Assembly (NCBI GenBank): GCA_934182615.1
Contig: CAKPRO010000009.1
Location: forward strand, 5,282-69,281
Source: an uncultured Bacilli bacterium
GTDB taxonomy: Bacteria > Bacillota_I > Bacilli_A > RF39 > UBA660
Direction of reading: 5' to 3'
DNA: 64,000 nucleotides
This document shows, in pieces, positions 1 to 9,425 of this stretch. A program made the translations under genes and the position numbers. Each line of letters opens with the position of its first letter. The stretch's first letter is position 1. The notes beneath the pieces were generated by a model. That model did not search any database, had not been told where the DNA came from, and was given only the letters and a program-made list of their open reading frames with translations.

Positions 1-1409
1 AAGACATGGTTGTTTATGATGAAGACACTGTAATTAAAACTAAATATTTTAATATTGAATTTTTTAGAACAACCCACTCGATACCTGATTCTCATGGTCT
101 TGCAATAGAGACTCCTGATGGTACTATTGTTATGACTGGTGACTTTAAGTTTGATATGACTCCTATTGGGCCAATGGCTAACTTACATAAGATGGCAAGA
201 ATTGGTGAAAAAGGTGTTAGTGTACTTATGAGTGATTCTACTAATGCAATGAGTCCTGGCACTTCTCTTAGTGAGAGTGTTGTTGATGAAAACTTAAAAG
301 AAATTTTCTCTACTTATACTAGTAATAGAATTATTCTAGCTACTTTTGCTTCAAATGTTTATAGAATTAAACATATTATTGAAACTTGTAAAAAGAATAA
401 TAGAAAAATTGCTTTATTTGGTAGAAGTATGGAAAACATGGTTGATATTGCTCTTAAGTGTGGTTACTTTGAGGATAAGAGTATTATTATTACTGCGGAA
501 GAGGCTAATCATTTAAAACCTGGTGAGGTATGTTTACTTTGTACTGGTAGCCAAGGTGAACCATTAGCCGCTCTATCTAGAATTGCTGCTGGTACACATA
601 GACAAATTAAATTGATGCCTAATGATATTGTAGTATTTTCTAGTTCACCTATTCCAGGTAATACAGCTTCGGTATCAAGAACTATTAATAAACTTTATAA
701 GAAAGGTGTTAAGGTATTTACTAATGCTATGAGTGAAATTCACTCTTCAGGACATGCTAATCAAGATGAACTTAAACTTATGATTAGATTATTTAAGCCT
801 AAATACTTTGTTCCTTACCATGGTGAATTTAGAATGCTTAAGAAACATACGGACTTAGGTGTTATGTGTGGTATTCCAAGAAGAAACACTTTTGTCTTAG
901 AAAATGGTGATGTTCTTGCTCTTGATAAAGGACAACTATATAAAGATGGTAAAGTTCAAGCTGGGGAAGTTTATGTCGATGGTTCAAGAATTGGTGATGT
1001 TGGGTCTGCGGTTATAAAGGATAGAATTCTTATGAGTACTAATGGTATTCTAGTTATTATTGCTAATATCGATATTGAGCATAAGATTCTTTTAGGTAGT
1101 CCGGCAATTACTACAAGAGGATATATCTTAGTTAATGAGAATGCTGACTTAATTAAGGAAATTCAACATAATGCAGAAATTATTATTAATAAGGAACTTA
1201 AAAAGAAATTCTTTAACTTTAATGATATGAAGTCAGAAATTATTAATGGTCTTATGCCAATTCTTTCGGATAAGACTGGTAGAGTTCCTATTATCTTACC
1301 TATCGTTATGGGTATTAAAACGCATAATAAGGAAGATGATAATAATAAAAAAGAGGTTCAATCTAAGAAGGATTATCATAAGAAGGAAATCTCAAATAAA
1401 AATAAATAA
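1..1409 (+). CDS. rnj: Ribonuclease J, C-terminal part (5' end lies left of the window)
   Basis: Frame is open from base 1. Metallo-beta-lactamase/beta-CASP RNase J-type sequence (HGLAIETPDG, SSGHANQDEL, VPYHGEFRML). Followed by a hairpin plus T-run. Confidence 0.9.
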   Translation, partial: DMVVYDEDTVIKTKYFNIEFFRTTHSIPDSHGLAIETPDGTIVMTGDFKFDMTPIGPMANLHKMARIGEKGVSVLMSDSTNAMSPGTSLSESVVDENLKEIFSTYTSNRIILATFASNVYRIKHIIETCKKNNRKIALFGRSMENMVDIALKCGYFEDKSIIITAEEANHLKPGEVCLLCTGSQGEPLAALSRIAAGTHRQIKLMPNDIVVFSSSPIPGNTASVSRTINKLYKKGVKVFTNAMSEIHSSGHANQDELKLMIRLFKPKYFVPYHGEFRMLKKHTDLGVMCGIPRRNTFVLENGDVLALDKGQLYKDGKVQAGEVYVDGSRIGDVGSAVIKDRILMSTNGILVIIANIDIEHKILLGSPAITTRGYILVNENADLIKEIQHNAEIIINKELKKKFFNFNDMKSEIINGLMPILSDKTGRVPIILPIVMGIKTHNKEDDNNKKEVQSKKDYHKKEISNKNK

Positions 1410-1418
1410 TTATATAAG

Positions 1419-1462
1419 AAAAATAACTATTACCCAGGGAATGGATAATAGTTATTTTTTAT
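1419..1462 (+). terminator. Intrinsic terminator of rnj
   Basis: Stem aaataactatta (1421-1432) / taatagttattt (1446-1457), followed by a T-run. Confidence 0.7.
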
Positions 1463-1542
1463 TTGAAGTAAATATATTTTAAAAACAAAAACATAAATCA
1501 AAAATAAATTATTATAACAAACGAACTAATTAATAAATGAGT

Positions 1543-1719
1543 GGTAATTCCTACTTTTAATTTCTACAATAGGGTTTTGAACTTTTGTACTTTTTAATTT
1601 TTTATTTAATATAGGTTTAACAGATTTTTGTGAATTTTATTTAATATCTAACATAAAAAGGGGTAGTTGACATATGAATCAACGATAAAATATTTTTATA
1701 CATTCGTGTAGGAATTACC
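1543..1719. repeat. 12-bp perfect inverted repeat, GGTAATTCCTAC (1543-1554) / GTAGGAATTACC (1708-1719)
   Basis: Read directly. The arms are 153 nt apart, inside an ORF-free gap between convergent genes. Confidence 0.6.
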
Positions 1720-1985
1720 TTTAACAACATATTAGGTGTTTTTAAATTTTTCAAACTAGAGCGTTATGTGTTGTTACTCTAGCAATAACCTCCTTATTTT
1801 CAGATTTCGCCCATTCTTAGATTTATACTTTATACTCAAATATTATTAATGGATTCCTTTGAAAAAGTCTTCAAAAAATTCATTAATTTAGTAGGCCTTA
1901 ATATCGCAATAAGTATACTATATGGTTTAGCACTTGTCAACAGGTTTTTGTTAATTTTGTCAATTTTTGCCAAAATTATTTAGTC

Positions 1986-2008
1986 TGTCCACAGATGTTG
2001 TGGATAAA
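1986..2008. promoter_or_regulatory. Inverted pair of DnaA-box-like 9-mers (cTgTCCACA gatgt TGTGGATAA); near-copy at 56742-56764
   Basis: TGTGGATAA is a perfect complement of the TTATCCACA consensus. About 19 of the first 22 aligned positions match the second site. Confidence 0.35.
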
Positions 2009-2066
2009 TCTATATTTTATAAGGCTTTTTCATATGTAAAATAGTGTAAACTTTAATAATGTTTTT

Positions 2067-2131
2067 ATGAGGAAGACTAATCTTAGGCTTACTCATTTTA
2101 TGATAGAGACAAAATTACTTGGCTCTATCAT
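2067..2131 (+). repeat. Tandem AGAC...GGCT hairpin pair (copy a)
   Basis: Hairpins atgaggAAGACtaatcttAGGCTTactcat (2067-2096) and atgatagAGACaaaattacttGGCTctatcat (2100-2131). Lies 3' of the amidase gene. Confidence 0.7.
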
Positions 2132-2208
2132 ACCACGGAAAACATAAACTTGTTTATGGTTAAAGTGGAATAAGAAAAAAGAAAATATATGGTTATATAC
2201 TTTCTATG

Positions 2209-3591
2209 TTATCTTACTATTAGTATTTGACCTATTGATAATAAATTTGATTTTAGATTGTTTAACTGTTTTAATCTATCAACAGTAGTATCATATTTTT
2301 TGGCTATACTATATAGTGAATCACCTTTCTGAACGGTGTAAGTTGTCTCTAGGTTGGTATCTGTTGGTATTAGTAATACTTGACCTATTGATAGTAAATT
2401 AGTTGTTAGATTATTTAAATCTTTTATTTTATCAATGGTAGTAGAATATTTTCTGGCTATACTATATAGAGAATCGCCTTTTTGAACTGTATAACTAATG
2501 GTATTTTCTTCCTTCTCTACATCGCTTACTTTATCACTTGGTAATTTTAATACCTGACCAATACTTAGAATATTACTTGTTAAGTTATTGATTCTCTTTA
2601 GTTCATCAACGGTAGTATTATATTTATTGGCAATTGAATATAGGGAATCGCCTTTCTTTACAATGTATGTTGACTCTGGTAATAATGCACTTGGTATTTT
2701 TAGTAATTGTCCAGTTGATAGAATATTGGATGTTAAGTTATTGATTCTCTTTAATTCATCCACGGTTGTATTATTAGCCATGGCAATTGAGTATAAGGTA
2801 TCTCCTTTTTTGACTATGTAGATATTTTCTTCTTCTTCATATATTTCTTTAGTTGGAATACGAAGTACCTCTCCTATTTGTAATGTATTTGTTGTTAAGT
2901 TATTCTCTTTTTTTAGTTCTGAAACAGTAGTACCTAATTTATTTGCTATGCTATATAGTGAATCGCCTTTTTGAACAACATAGGTATTGGTTGTTATTCC
3001 CCCTGGTGGTGTGTATGGTACTCCTATATAGTTTGCTACTGCTGATATGACGGCTTCTGCTAGTTCTTTATAGTTTTCTTTTAGGAATTCGACATCTTTG
3101 GTATCGTCAATAAAGCCATACTCGACAATTAGTGGTTCTAGATTGCCAGTATTTCGATGTATGAAATAGTAGTCTTTAGAGGTGTCACTTGGTAGTCTTC
3201 TTTGGTAGTATTTTCTTGTTTCTTGTCCAGCGGCTCCTATGTTTTCTAGTATTCTTTTAGCTAGGGTATCTCTATTTCTTAGAGCATAGATGACTTCGGC
3301 TCCTTCGCCGCCTCCTGAATTAACATGGTTTGATATTAGTATAACATCAGAGGAGTTACCAAACTTATTTAAAATAGTATTTACTCTATCAGTTGGAGAT
3401 AATGTGGTATCTGAGTCTCTTGTTATAGCCACTGGTATTCCTAACTGTTTAAATCTATCATACATATATTTGGATATTAATAGATTATAGTCTTTTTCTA
3501 ATAAATTATTGCCTGTAGCACCAGAATCCGTACCACCGTGACCTGGGTCAATTATTACTTTACGAACCGCTCTATCTTCATTATTATTCAT
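2209..3591 (-). CDS. N-acetylmuramoyl-L-alanine amidase (Amidase_3) with five C-terminal LysM repeats
   Basis: IIDPGHGGTDSGA and NHVNSGGGEGAEV amidase motifs, then 5x Y.V.KGDSLYSIA...L...NNL...L.IGQ.L.IP. Start chosen at the ATG after SD aaggtga. Confidence 0.9.
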   Translation of the reverse strand: MNNNEDRAVRKVIIDPGHGGTDSGATGNNLLEKDYNLLISKYMYDRFKQLGIPVAITRDSDTTLSPTDRVNTILNKFGNSSDVILISNHVNSGGGEGAEVIYALRNRDTLAKRILENIGAAGQETRKYYQRRLPSDTSKDYYFIHRNTGNLEPLIVEYGFIDDTKDVEFLKENYKELAEAVISAVANYIGVPYTPPGGITTNTYVVQKGDSLYSIANKLGTTVSELKKENNLTTNTLQIGEVLRIPTKEIYEEEENIYIVKKGDTLYSIAMANNTTVDELKRINNLTSNILSTGQLLKIPSALLPESTYIVKKGDSLYSIANKYNTTVDELKRINNLTSNILSIGQVLKLPSDKVSDVEKEENTISYTVQKGDSLYSIARKYSTTIDKIKDLNNLTTNLLSIGQVLLIPTDTNLETTYTVQKGDSLYSIAKKYDTTVDRLKQLNNLKSNLLSIGQILIVR

Positions 3592-3651
3592 AGTTATCAC
3601 CTTCAAAGTAGTATATGTAAATAATGTTAATTTGGTTAACTTGACTAGTAT

Positions 3652-3686
3652 AAAAAGATACTAATTTTACTTTTTAGTATCTTTTT
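3652..3686. terminator. Bidirectional hairpin terminator
   Basis: Stem aaaaagatactaa / ttagtatcttttt, flanked by an A-run and a T-run. Lies downstream of the receiver-domain gene. Confidence 0.6.
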
Positions 3687-3771
3687 GATATTTAATTTAT
3701 AGCGGTGTTATTTACATATAATTTATAACCATTTTAATTCTTTACATACTAGTTCTACTTCTTCATTATTG

Positions 3772-4200
3772 TTAGTATTTTTTAGTACTGATTTTGTTAT
3801 ATCTATTTTCTTCATAAGATATTTTTTTCTTTTTACTAGTACTTGTTTTATTTAACTGAATATTTACTCTTGCTAATAACTCTTCAATATGAAATGGTTT
3901 TGTTAAGTAGTCATCCGCTCCATTTTCTAAACCATTTAGTTTATCTTCGAGCATTGATTTGGCTGTTAACATTATGACTTTACTTTCTATTTCTTCTTCT
4001 CTTAGTTTTTTTAATATTTCAAAACCATTCATACTTGGTAACATTACATCTAATATTATTAAATCATATAGTCCTGATAAGGCATTATAATAACCTTCTT
4101 CACCATCTGTTTCTATATCTACGATGTAATCATCTTTAGTTAATTTTTCTTTTATTAGTTCTGCGAGTGTATATTCATCTTCAATTATTAAGATATGCAT
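3772..4200 (-). CDS. OmpR-type receiver domain only (truncated or stand-alone response regulator)
   Basis: IIEDE...ILDVMLP...LTAK...GADDYLTKPF receiver motifs. The ORF ends about 20 aa after the receiver, and there is no room for a winged-helix domain before the next gene. Confidence 0.75.
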   Translation of the reverse strand: MHILIIEDEYTLAELIKEKLTKDDYIVDIETDGEEGYYNALSGLYDLIILDVMLPSMNGFEILKKLREEEIESKVIMLTAKSMLEDKLNGLENGADDYLTKPFHIEELLARVNIQLNKTSTSKKKKISYEENRYNKISTKKY

Positions 4201-4283
4201 AGTTAATCACCTCTTTAAATATATAATTTATTTATTAAATGAATATTAAATATAGTTATATTATAACATTTTTTAATAAAAAC

Positions 4284-4312
4284 AAAAAGAGACTAGTTTT
4301 TGTTAATCTCCT
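4284..4312 (-). terminator. Degenerate copy of the aaagagaTTAA...TTAAtctcttt hairpin (see 5337-5364)
   Basis: aaaaagagactagtttttgttaatctcct is about four-fifths identical by eye, over about 45 nt, to the 5337 copy. Lies 3' of the 4365 gene. Confidence 0.4.
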
Positions 4313-4364
4313 AAGTTATAAGTATATATTATTTCGTATTATATAATAATTTTTGTTAATTAAT

Positions 4365-5189
4365 TTAACTTTTATGTTTAACTTTATTTTTATTTAAGCT
4401 ACAACCTGTTATAACCTCATATAAATTACTATTTAAACAAGTGCTACAAATATCTGCATCTTTTTTAATCAAGTTGTTATTTAATAAATAATCTGAAAGA
4501 ATATTTGCTAAAGGATAACGCAATAAATAATTAACCAAACCAATATTTAAATCGTAGTCATAACGCATTAGTTTTTTAATTTTATGAGCATCTAAATCTT
4601 CTATATTTATTTGTTCATTTTGAATATATAATTTTTCACACAATAGTTCATATTCTATAGCATTTAGCATTTTTTCTTCATAATACATTCTATTATTTCT
4701 TCTTGCTTGAATTAATTCATAAAATTCTTTGTGATTAAGCCAAAGTTCTAATTGCTTTTCAATATAAAATGAAAATACTTCACAAAGAAAACTATACTTA
4801 TCAGGAATTATTGGTGGATTAGAAATTATGTCAATATAATGAGCAAATTCATGAGCTAGTATAAAAATATCAGAATCATTTCCAGAAAGTCTTATAAATG
4901 CTCTTCTATTATTTGTATCAACTAAACTTTTAGTTTCGTTTTTATTTATGATAATTCTGTTACTATTTATTCCTTCTAAAATGATTTTGTAGTATTCTTT
5001 ATTATAACTTTTATAAAACTCAAGAACTATGCCTAGAGGATTATTTATATTTTGAGGATAATCCATCTTAGTATAATCCTTTTTAAAATAATCTATTAAT
5101 TGGTAAATTAAATCTTCTTTTATAAATTTATGAATGTTTGATTCTACTTTTACTCTCCCAATAAATTTTTCAGTAACAGATTTTCTCAT
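4365..5189 (-). CDS. HExxH zincin (gluzincin/M3-like) protein of unknown function
   Basis: ILAHEFAHY, followed by a Glu about 24 residues downstream (FLCEVF). Same motif layout as the 42706-43776 protein. Confidence 0.5.
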   Translation of the reverse strand: MRKSVTEKFIGRVKVESNIHKFIKEDLIYQLIDYFKKDYTKMDYPQNINNPLGIVLEFYKSYNKEYYKIILEGINSNRIIINKNETKSLVDTNNRRAFIRLSGNDSDIFILAHEFAHYIDIISNPPIIPDKYSFLCEVFSFYIEKQLELWLNHKEFYELIQARRNNRMYYEEKMLNAIEYELLCEKLYIQNEQINIEDLDAHKIKKLMRYDYDLNIGLVNYLLRYPLANILSDYLLNNNLIKKDADICSTCLNSNLYEVITGCSLNKNKVKHKS

Positions 5190-5336
5190 GTCAGCCTCCT
5201 ATAAACATATTAATAATAAACTTTGTTTTTTGATATATTATATCATATATATTTATACTTTCATAGGTTTATATAATGTTTTTTATTCTTTATTATGTAA
5301 TAATGTGCAATATAGATTGATAAATAAAATTACATA

Positions 5337-5364
5337 AAAGAGATTAATTTTTGTTAATCTCTTA
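5337..5364 (-). terminator. Perfect hairpin aagagattaa-tttttg-ttaatctctt
   Basis: 10-bp stem read directly. Lies 3' of the Abi gene. Confidence 0.5.
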
Positions 5365-5503
5365 AATTATAAATATAGAAAAATAGGGCTCCATCATTTA
5401 GACAGTGCCCTTGCAAAAATGTATTACCATTTTTTCCTTGCATAGATAATATAACATATTTTTTTATCTATGTCAAACTATTTAATCAATGTTTACATTA
5501 TTT

Positions 5504-6493
5504 TTACTTATAATAACATTTTATTATTTTGTCAAAATATTCATATATTGATTTTAATAGTTCATTATTAGTATAATACTCACTATGGTAATTTATTCTT
5601 CCATAAAATAAATCTTTAATATCATTTGTAACATTTTCTTTTACTCCATTACTTGTTACTATTTCATTAAACATATAAAGCGTGTATGTTATCTGCCTTA
5701 TTCGTGAATTTTTCAATTTATTAGTTCTCATTTCTTTTTTGATACCACAAAAGTTTAAGTAATTAACCACTTTATAATCAGGTGAATATTGATTATCTTT
5801 CTTATCAAGTTCACATAACACGCAAGAATTATGTGCAACTGCATTTCTTAGTTTTACTATTTCCCTTAGAATAAATACATTTTTACTTTCTTCTGCTAAC
5901 TTGTATTCTTTAGAGAAAAACTCATAAAAGTTTACTAGTTCTCCAAATGTGATAACTTCAAGAAATTCCCATATAGGTATATTTTCCAATTTCTTATCTT
6001 TATCAATATCATATTTAGAAAATATTTTTTGATAATAATCGCTTCCTACTTTTTTAAATATACTATTATGTACTTTTTTGGGAAATTTATCGTCGTTAAA
6101 ATCTTTTTCTAAATACATATTTACTATTCTATATCCATCTTCTTCATTTATATCTTCTATTAAATTTAATATTCTAATTTTTAAATAATGTTCAATATCT
6201 ATTATCATTTTAAATAAAACTAATCTTACCCTGTGATCAATAATCGCTAAATCTTTAAGATATGCGAAATCTAAATCAACATATTTATCTACAAACTCTC
6301 CATTAATTAAATATCTTTCAAAATTATGTTTATAAGATGTTAAATTATAATAGTTATTGTTGTCTTTTAAATATTTTTCTGCTTCTTGTTCTGATATTAG
6401 TTCAAACTTAATATTTTTATTTTTTAGATATGGAACCATATCTGTTATTTTTAACATAGGCTTTAATGTTTCTATATTATTACCATTAATCAT
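5504..6493 (-). CDS. Abi_2 family (AbiD/AbiF-like) abortive-infection protein
   Basis: N-terminus ...VPYLKNKNIKF..SEQEAEKYLKDNNNYYNLTSY and C-terminal LRNAVAHNS (Rx4H, HEPN-type), as I recall for the Abi_2 family. Confidence 0.75.
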   Translation of the reverse strand: MINGNNIETLKPMLKITDMVPYLKNKNIKFELISEQEAEKYLKDNNNYYNLTSYKHNFERYLINGEFVDKYVDLDFAYLKDLAIIDHRVRLVLFKMIIDIEHYLKIRILNLIEDINEEDGYRIVNMYLEKDFNDDKFPKKVHNSIFKKVGSDYYQKIFSKYDIDKDKKLENIPIWEFLEVITFGELVNFYEFFSKEYKLAEESKNVFILREIVKLRNAVAHNSCVLCELDKKDNQYSPDYKVVNYLNFCGIKKEMRTNKLKNSRIRQITYTLYMFNEIVTSNGVKENVTNDIKDLFYGRINYHSEYYTNNELLKSIYEYFDKIIKCYYK

Positions 6494-6594
6494 ATCGATT
6501 CACCTTCTTTTTATTTACTATTATAACATATCAATTTTAATTAATTAAGACTTTTTTATAAGAAAATTACATAAAAACTATATTTATTAAATCA

Positions 6595-7842
6595 TTAATT
6601 TAAAATTGATTTATCATAATAAATATTATGACTTAATGATGATTTAACTATTGTATTATCAAGCCTAATATATTGATATATATAAGCAAGCATTACATCC
6701 TCTAAAAAATATGGTATTCTAACCAATTCATCATTTGATAGTTTCTTCAACTCGTTGGTATGATGATTATAATAATTTCTTCCATCAGCTATTTTTCTTG
6801 ATAATTTATATACTTTTTTACTATTAAAATTCCAAATATAAGCAACTTGATTTAATATAGATTCAATTCTATCTGCCAATGTTACTTTGCCACTCGGTTT
6901 CCCATTTTTTACCCACATATTCTTAGCATTTTGTTCATCATAGTTTTTAGATATATATTCCAAGATTTGAGTATAATTAAGAAATCTATTTAAGTCAGAT
7001 GTTTTATATTTTAAAATATCTAAATAAATATCAAAAATAGGAAGTGCATTTTCTAGTAAAGTATTAAAATTAGCATAGGCTTTTAAAAAGTATTTATCAA
7101 TTTTTTCTATCGTTATAACAAATTCGTTGTAATGATGTGCTAGACATTCATTATTAGGTATTTTATCAATAAATTTTATACAATTCAAAAACATTATATT
7201 GTTTTCATTTACTTCAATTTTCTTTATGCCAATTTCTCTTTTAGATAATATACTTAAAAATGCTTTAAATTGATATACATCTCTCATTACATCCATATAT
7301 CGTTGAGATTTATTATATTTAAACTCAATTAAAATGGTTTTCTCATTTTGATATAATGGATGCCCACAAATAACTGAATTACCCACTAAAATAGAAATTT
7401 TTTTATCATCAAAGTTGTAACTATAGCATTTACTCTTAAATATTGGGTTTAATTGTTCATCATAATCATAAAATGGGATATTAGTAAACTCATTTATATT
7501 ATAAAATTCAACTAAAGTTCTCCTAATTTTTCTATTATTTTTATTCGTATATTTATAATTTACAATGAATTCATCAAATCTAAAGCGTAATTCAAATTTT
7601 TCGTCCATCCCGCTTGTCATCCCACAACTATAAAAGTTAAAAATAGTTATATCTTTTTTATCAATTATGCCATTAACTAAATTAAAACCCTTTTTTAATT
7701 TTAGCATCGTATTTATATCAACTAAATCTAATAGTCTAATTTTAAGTTGATTATCCTCAAAATAAAATTGTGCATTATATTTTTCATCTAAGATATATAT
7801 AGTAAAATACTTATTAATATAGTCATCAATTAATTCATTCAT
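6595..7842 (-). CDS. HEPN-motif protein, ApeA-like architecture
   Basis: C-terminal ADGRNYYNHH (Rx4H). The N-terminal region ...VNGIIDKKDITIFNFYSCG... resembles the ApeA N-terminal domain as I recall it. Confidence 0.45.
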   Translation of the reverse strand: MNELIDDYINKYFTIYILDEKYNAQFYFEDNQLKIRLLDLVDINTMLKLKKGFNLVNGIIDKKDITIFNFYSCGMTSGMDEKFELRFRFDEFIVNYKYTNKNNRKIRRTLVEFYNINEFTNIPFYDYDEQLNPIFKSKCYSYNFDDKKISILVGNSVICGHPLYQNEKTILIEFKYNKSQRYMDVMRDVYQFKAFLSILSKREIGIKKIEVNENNIMFLNCIKFIDKIPNNECLAHHYNEFVITIEKIDKYFLKAYANFNTLLENALPIFDIYLDILKYKTSDLNRFLNYTQILEYISKNYDEQNAKNMWVKNGKPSGKVTLADRIESILNQVAYIWNFNSKKVYKLSRKIADGRNYYNHHTNELKKLSNDELVRIPYFLEDVMLAYIYQYIRLDNTIVKSSLSHNIYYDKSILN

Positions 7843-8226
7843 TTTTTATCATCTCCTATACTTTTCAATTACAATATTATAATAAAATAGATTTAATTAA
7901 ATCTAATCGATAATATAATTATATCACTAAAAAGAGACTTTTCCATGAAGTACTTTACATTTTATAGATTTTTATTTATTATACCATTTATACAATTGCA
8001 TTGATAGAACAAATAACTTGGTGGATTAGAATCAATTACTACTTTATGTATCACTCTTAAACAATAATGTGCATATGCTCATTCTTTATATCGGTACTTT
8101 TATGTTTTTTTATTACTTCTAAATTAAGAATACTACTTCCATGATATACATAGTTCATATTTATTTTTCCTCTCTACTTCAACTTGATTGTATCATATTA
8201 ATTATTATATACAACTTAATATTTTT

Positions 8227-8283
8227 AATCTAGAGACTATATAATAGGATCTAAATTACCTCACGGGGCTTAGGCTTAAGAGG
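8227..8283 (+). repeat. Tandem hairpin pair (copy b, partly degenerate); core of a ~90-bp direct repeat with 13830-13927
   Basis: tctagagactatataataggatctaaattacctcacggggcttaggcttaagagg aligns with copy c at most positions. Confidence 0.7.
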
Positions 8284-8303
8284 CTAAAGAAAAAGAGACT
8301 CTT

Positions 8304-9413
8304 CTAATCTCTTTGTTCATTTTTAACTAATTTTATTATCTTACATTTTTTATGATTTTCTGTTTTTGCTTCCGGTGTTTGACTACTGGACTGAGTATCT
8401 TTTAAAACATCAAGTATTATTTTTTTTATATTATTATAATTTAACCTATCGTTAAAGCTTAATTTAGATATATCTAATTCATAACTTAACTCTTCCATTA
8501 TTCCTTGATAATGTTCTTCTGATATACTATCATATTTTAATAAAGTCTTTTCTATTCCTAGATTAGTTGCTACTAAATATAGTAAAGTTATTTCGCTTAG
8601 TGAATAATAGTCAACTGCTTCATACTCCATATACTCATGTACTTTACTTATTATTTCATTATATTTTTTTCTTTCTTTTGTTTCAATATATTTATTCCAA
8701 TTATTCTTTATTTTGTCTAATTGTTTTGAAATATCTTCAAGTAAATAGATATGACTACTTAAATATGATGATAACATTTCATCATAGACTGCTATAAAAT
8801 CTAATATATATTTTTTTATTCCTATTTTTTCTATTTTTTCAAATGTATTAAATCTTTGATGAAGATAATCTTCAAGTACAATATCATATTCCTCGAAAAT
8901 ATCTTCAATTATTGCTTTAGCATAATAATCTAGTATAATTTGACTACTATTAAAACTATCATAAATGATTAGAAAGCCCATTCCTAAATTTTCCGCTGCC
9001 GCTTCATCTATTTTTAATTTTCCTAATTCTATCTGTAATCTTTTCGACTTATGATTAACCTCTAAAAGAAATTTGTATTTTTTGTAGTTTTTACTATTTT
9101 TGTCTTTTATTAGATTACACATAATTATTAATAATTCTATATAATTTTGTTCATTATCTTGATTTTCTATATAAGTGTCTGCTGCTACAGTAATTAAATT
9201 CTCATCTTCTTTAAACTTATTAATTATAAACTTAACAAATCTATAATCTGTTTTTACATTATCTTCAGCAAAATCATAAAAGTTTTTGTCATTTGATACA
9301 TTTATTACATCTATCATAAAGTTAGTATTGGACTCTAGTTCTTCTAATGTAAAATCTGTTATATCTTCACCATTTATGTAGTTATATACTGTTTCTATAT
9401 TATATTTTTTCAT
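8304..9413 (-). CDS. Hypothetical protein (369 aa), third gene of a 3-gene operon
   Basis: Long ORF, 13 nt downstream of the preceding gene. No motif recognised. Confidence 0.5.
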   Translation of the reverse strand: MKKYNIETVYNYINGEDITDFTLEELESNTNFMIDVINVSNDKNFYDFAEDNVKTDYRFVKFIINKFKEDENLITVAADTYIENQDNEQNYIELLIIMCNLIKDKNSKNYKKYKFLLEVNHKSKRLQIELGKLKIDEAAAENLGMGFLIIYDSFNSSQIILDYYAKAIIEDIFEEYDIVLEDYLHQRFNTFEKIEKIGIKKYILDFIAVYDEMLSSYLSSHIYLLEDISKQLDKIKNNWNKYIETKERKKYNEIISKVHEYMEYEAVDYYSLSEITLLYLVATNLGIEKTLLKYDSISEEHYQGIMEELSYELDISKLSFNDRLNYNNIKKIILDVLKDTQSSSQTPEAKTENHKKCKIIKLVKNEQRD

Positions 9414-9425
9414 TTTCTTTTCCTC

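Noticed and set aside
1986-2008. Replication origin
   Set aside because: There is only one perfect DnaA box and one or two imperfect ones. There is no dnaA or dnaN nearby and no AT-rich unwinding repeats distinguishable from the background.
2215-3000. Regularly spaced DNA repeats of ~150-200 bp that might be mistaken for a CRISPR or tandem-repeat array
   Set aside because: They are in frame within one long ORF and encode five LysM modules of the amidase. The spacers are homologous coding sequence, not unique spacers.
8058-8158. Short SD-preceded ORF MNYVYHGSSILNLEVIKKHKST... that continues in another frame (possible frameshifted gene remnant)
   Set aside because: It is too short, and I could not assign a family. 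It may be a pseudogene fragment, but the evidence is insufficient for a feature call.
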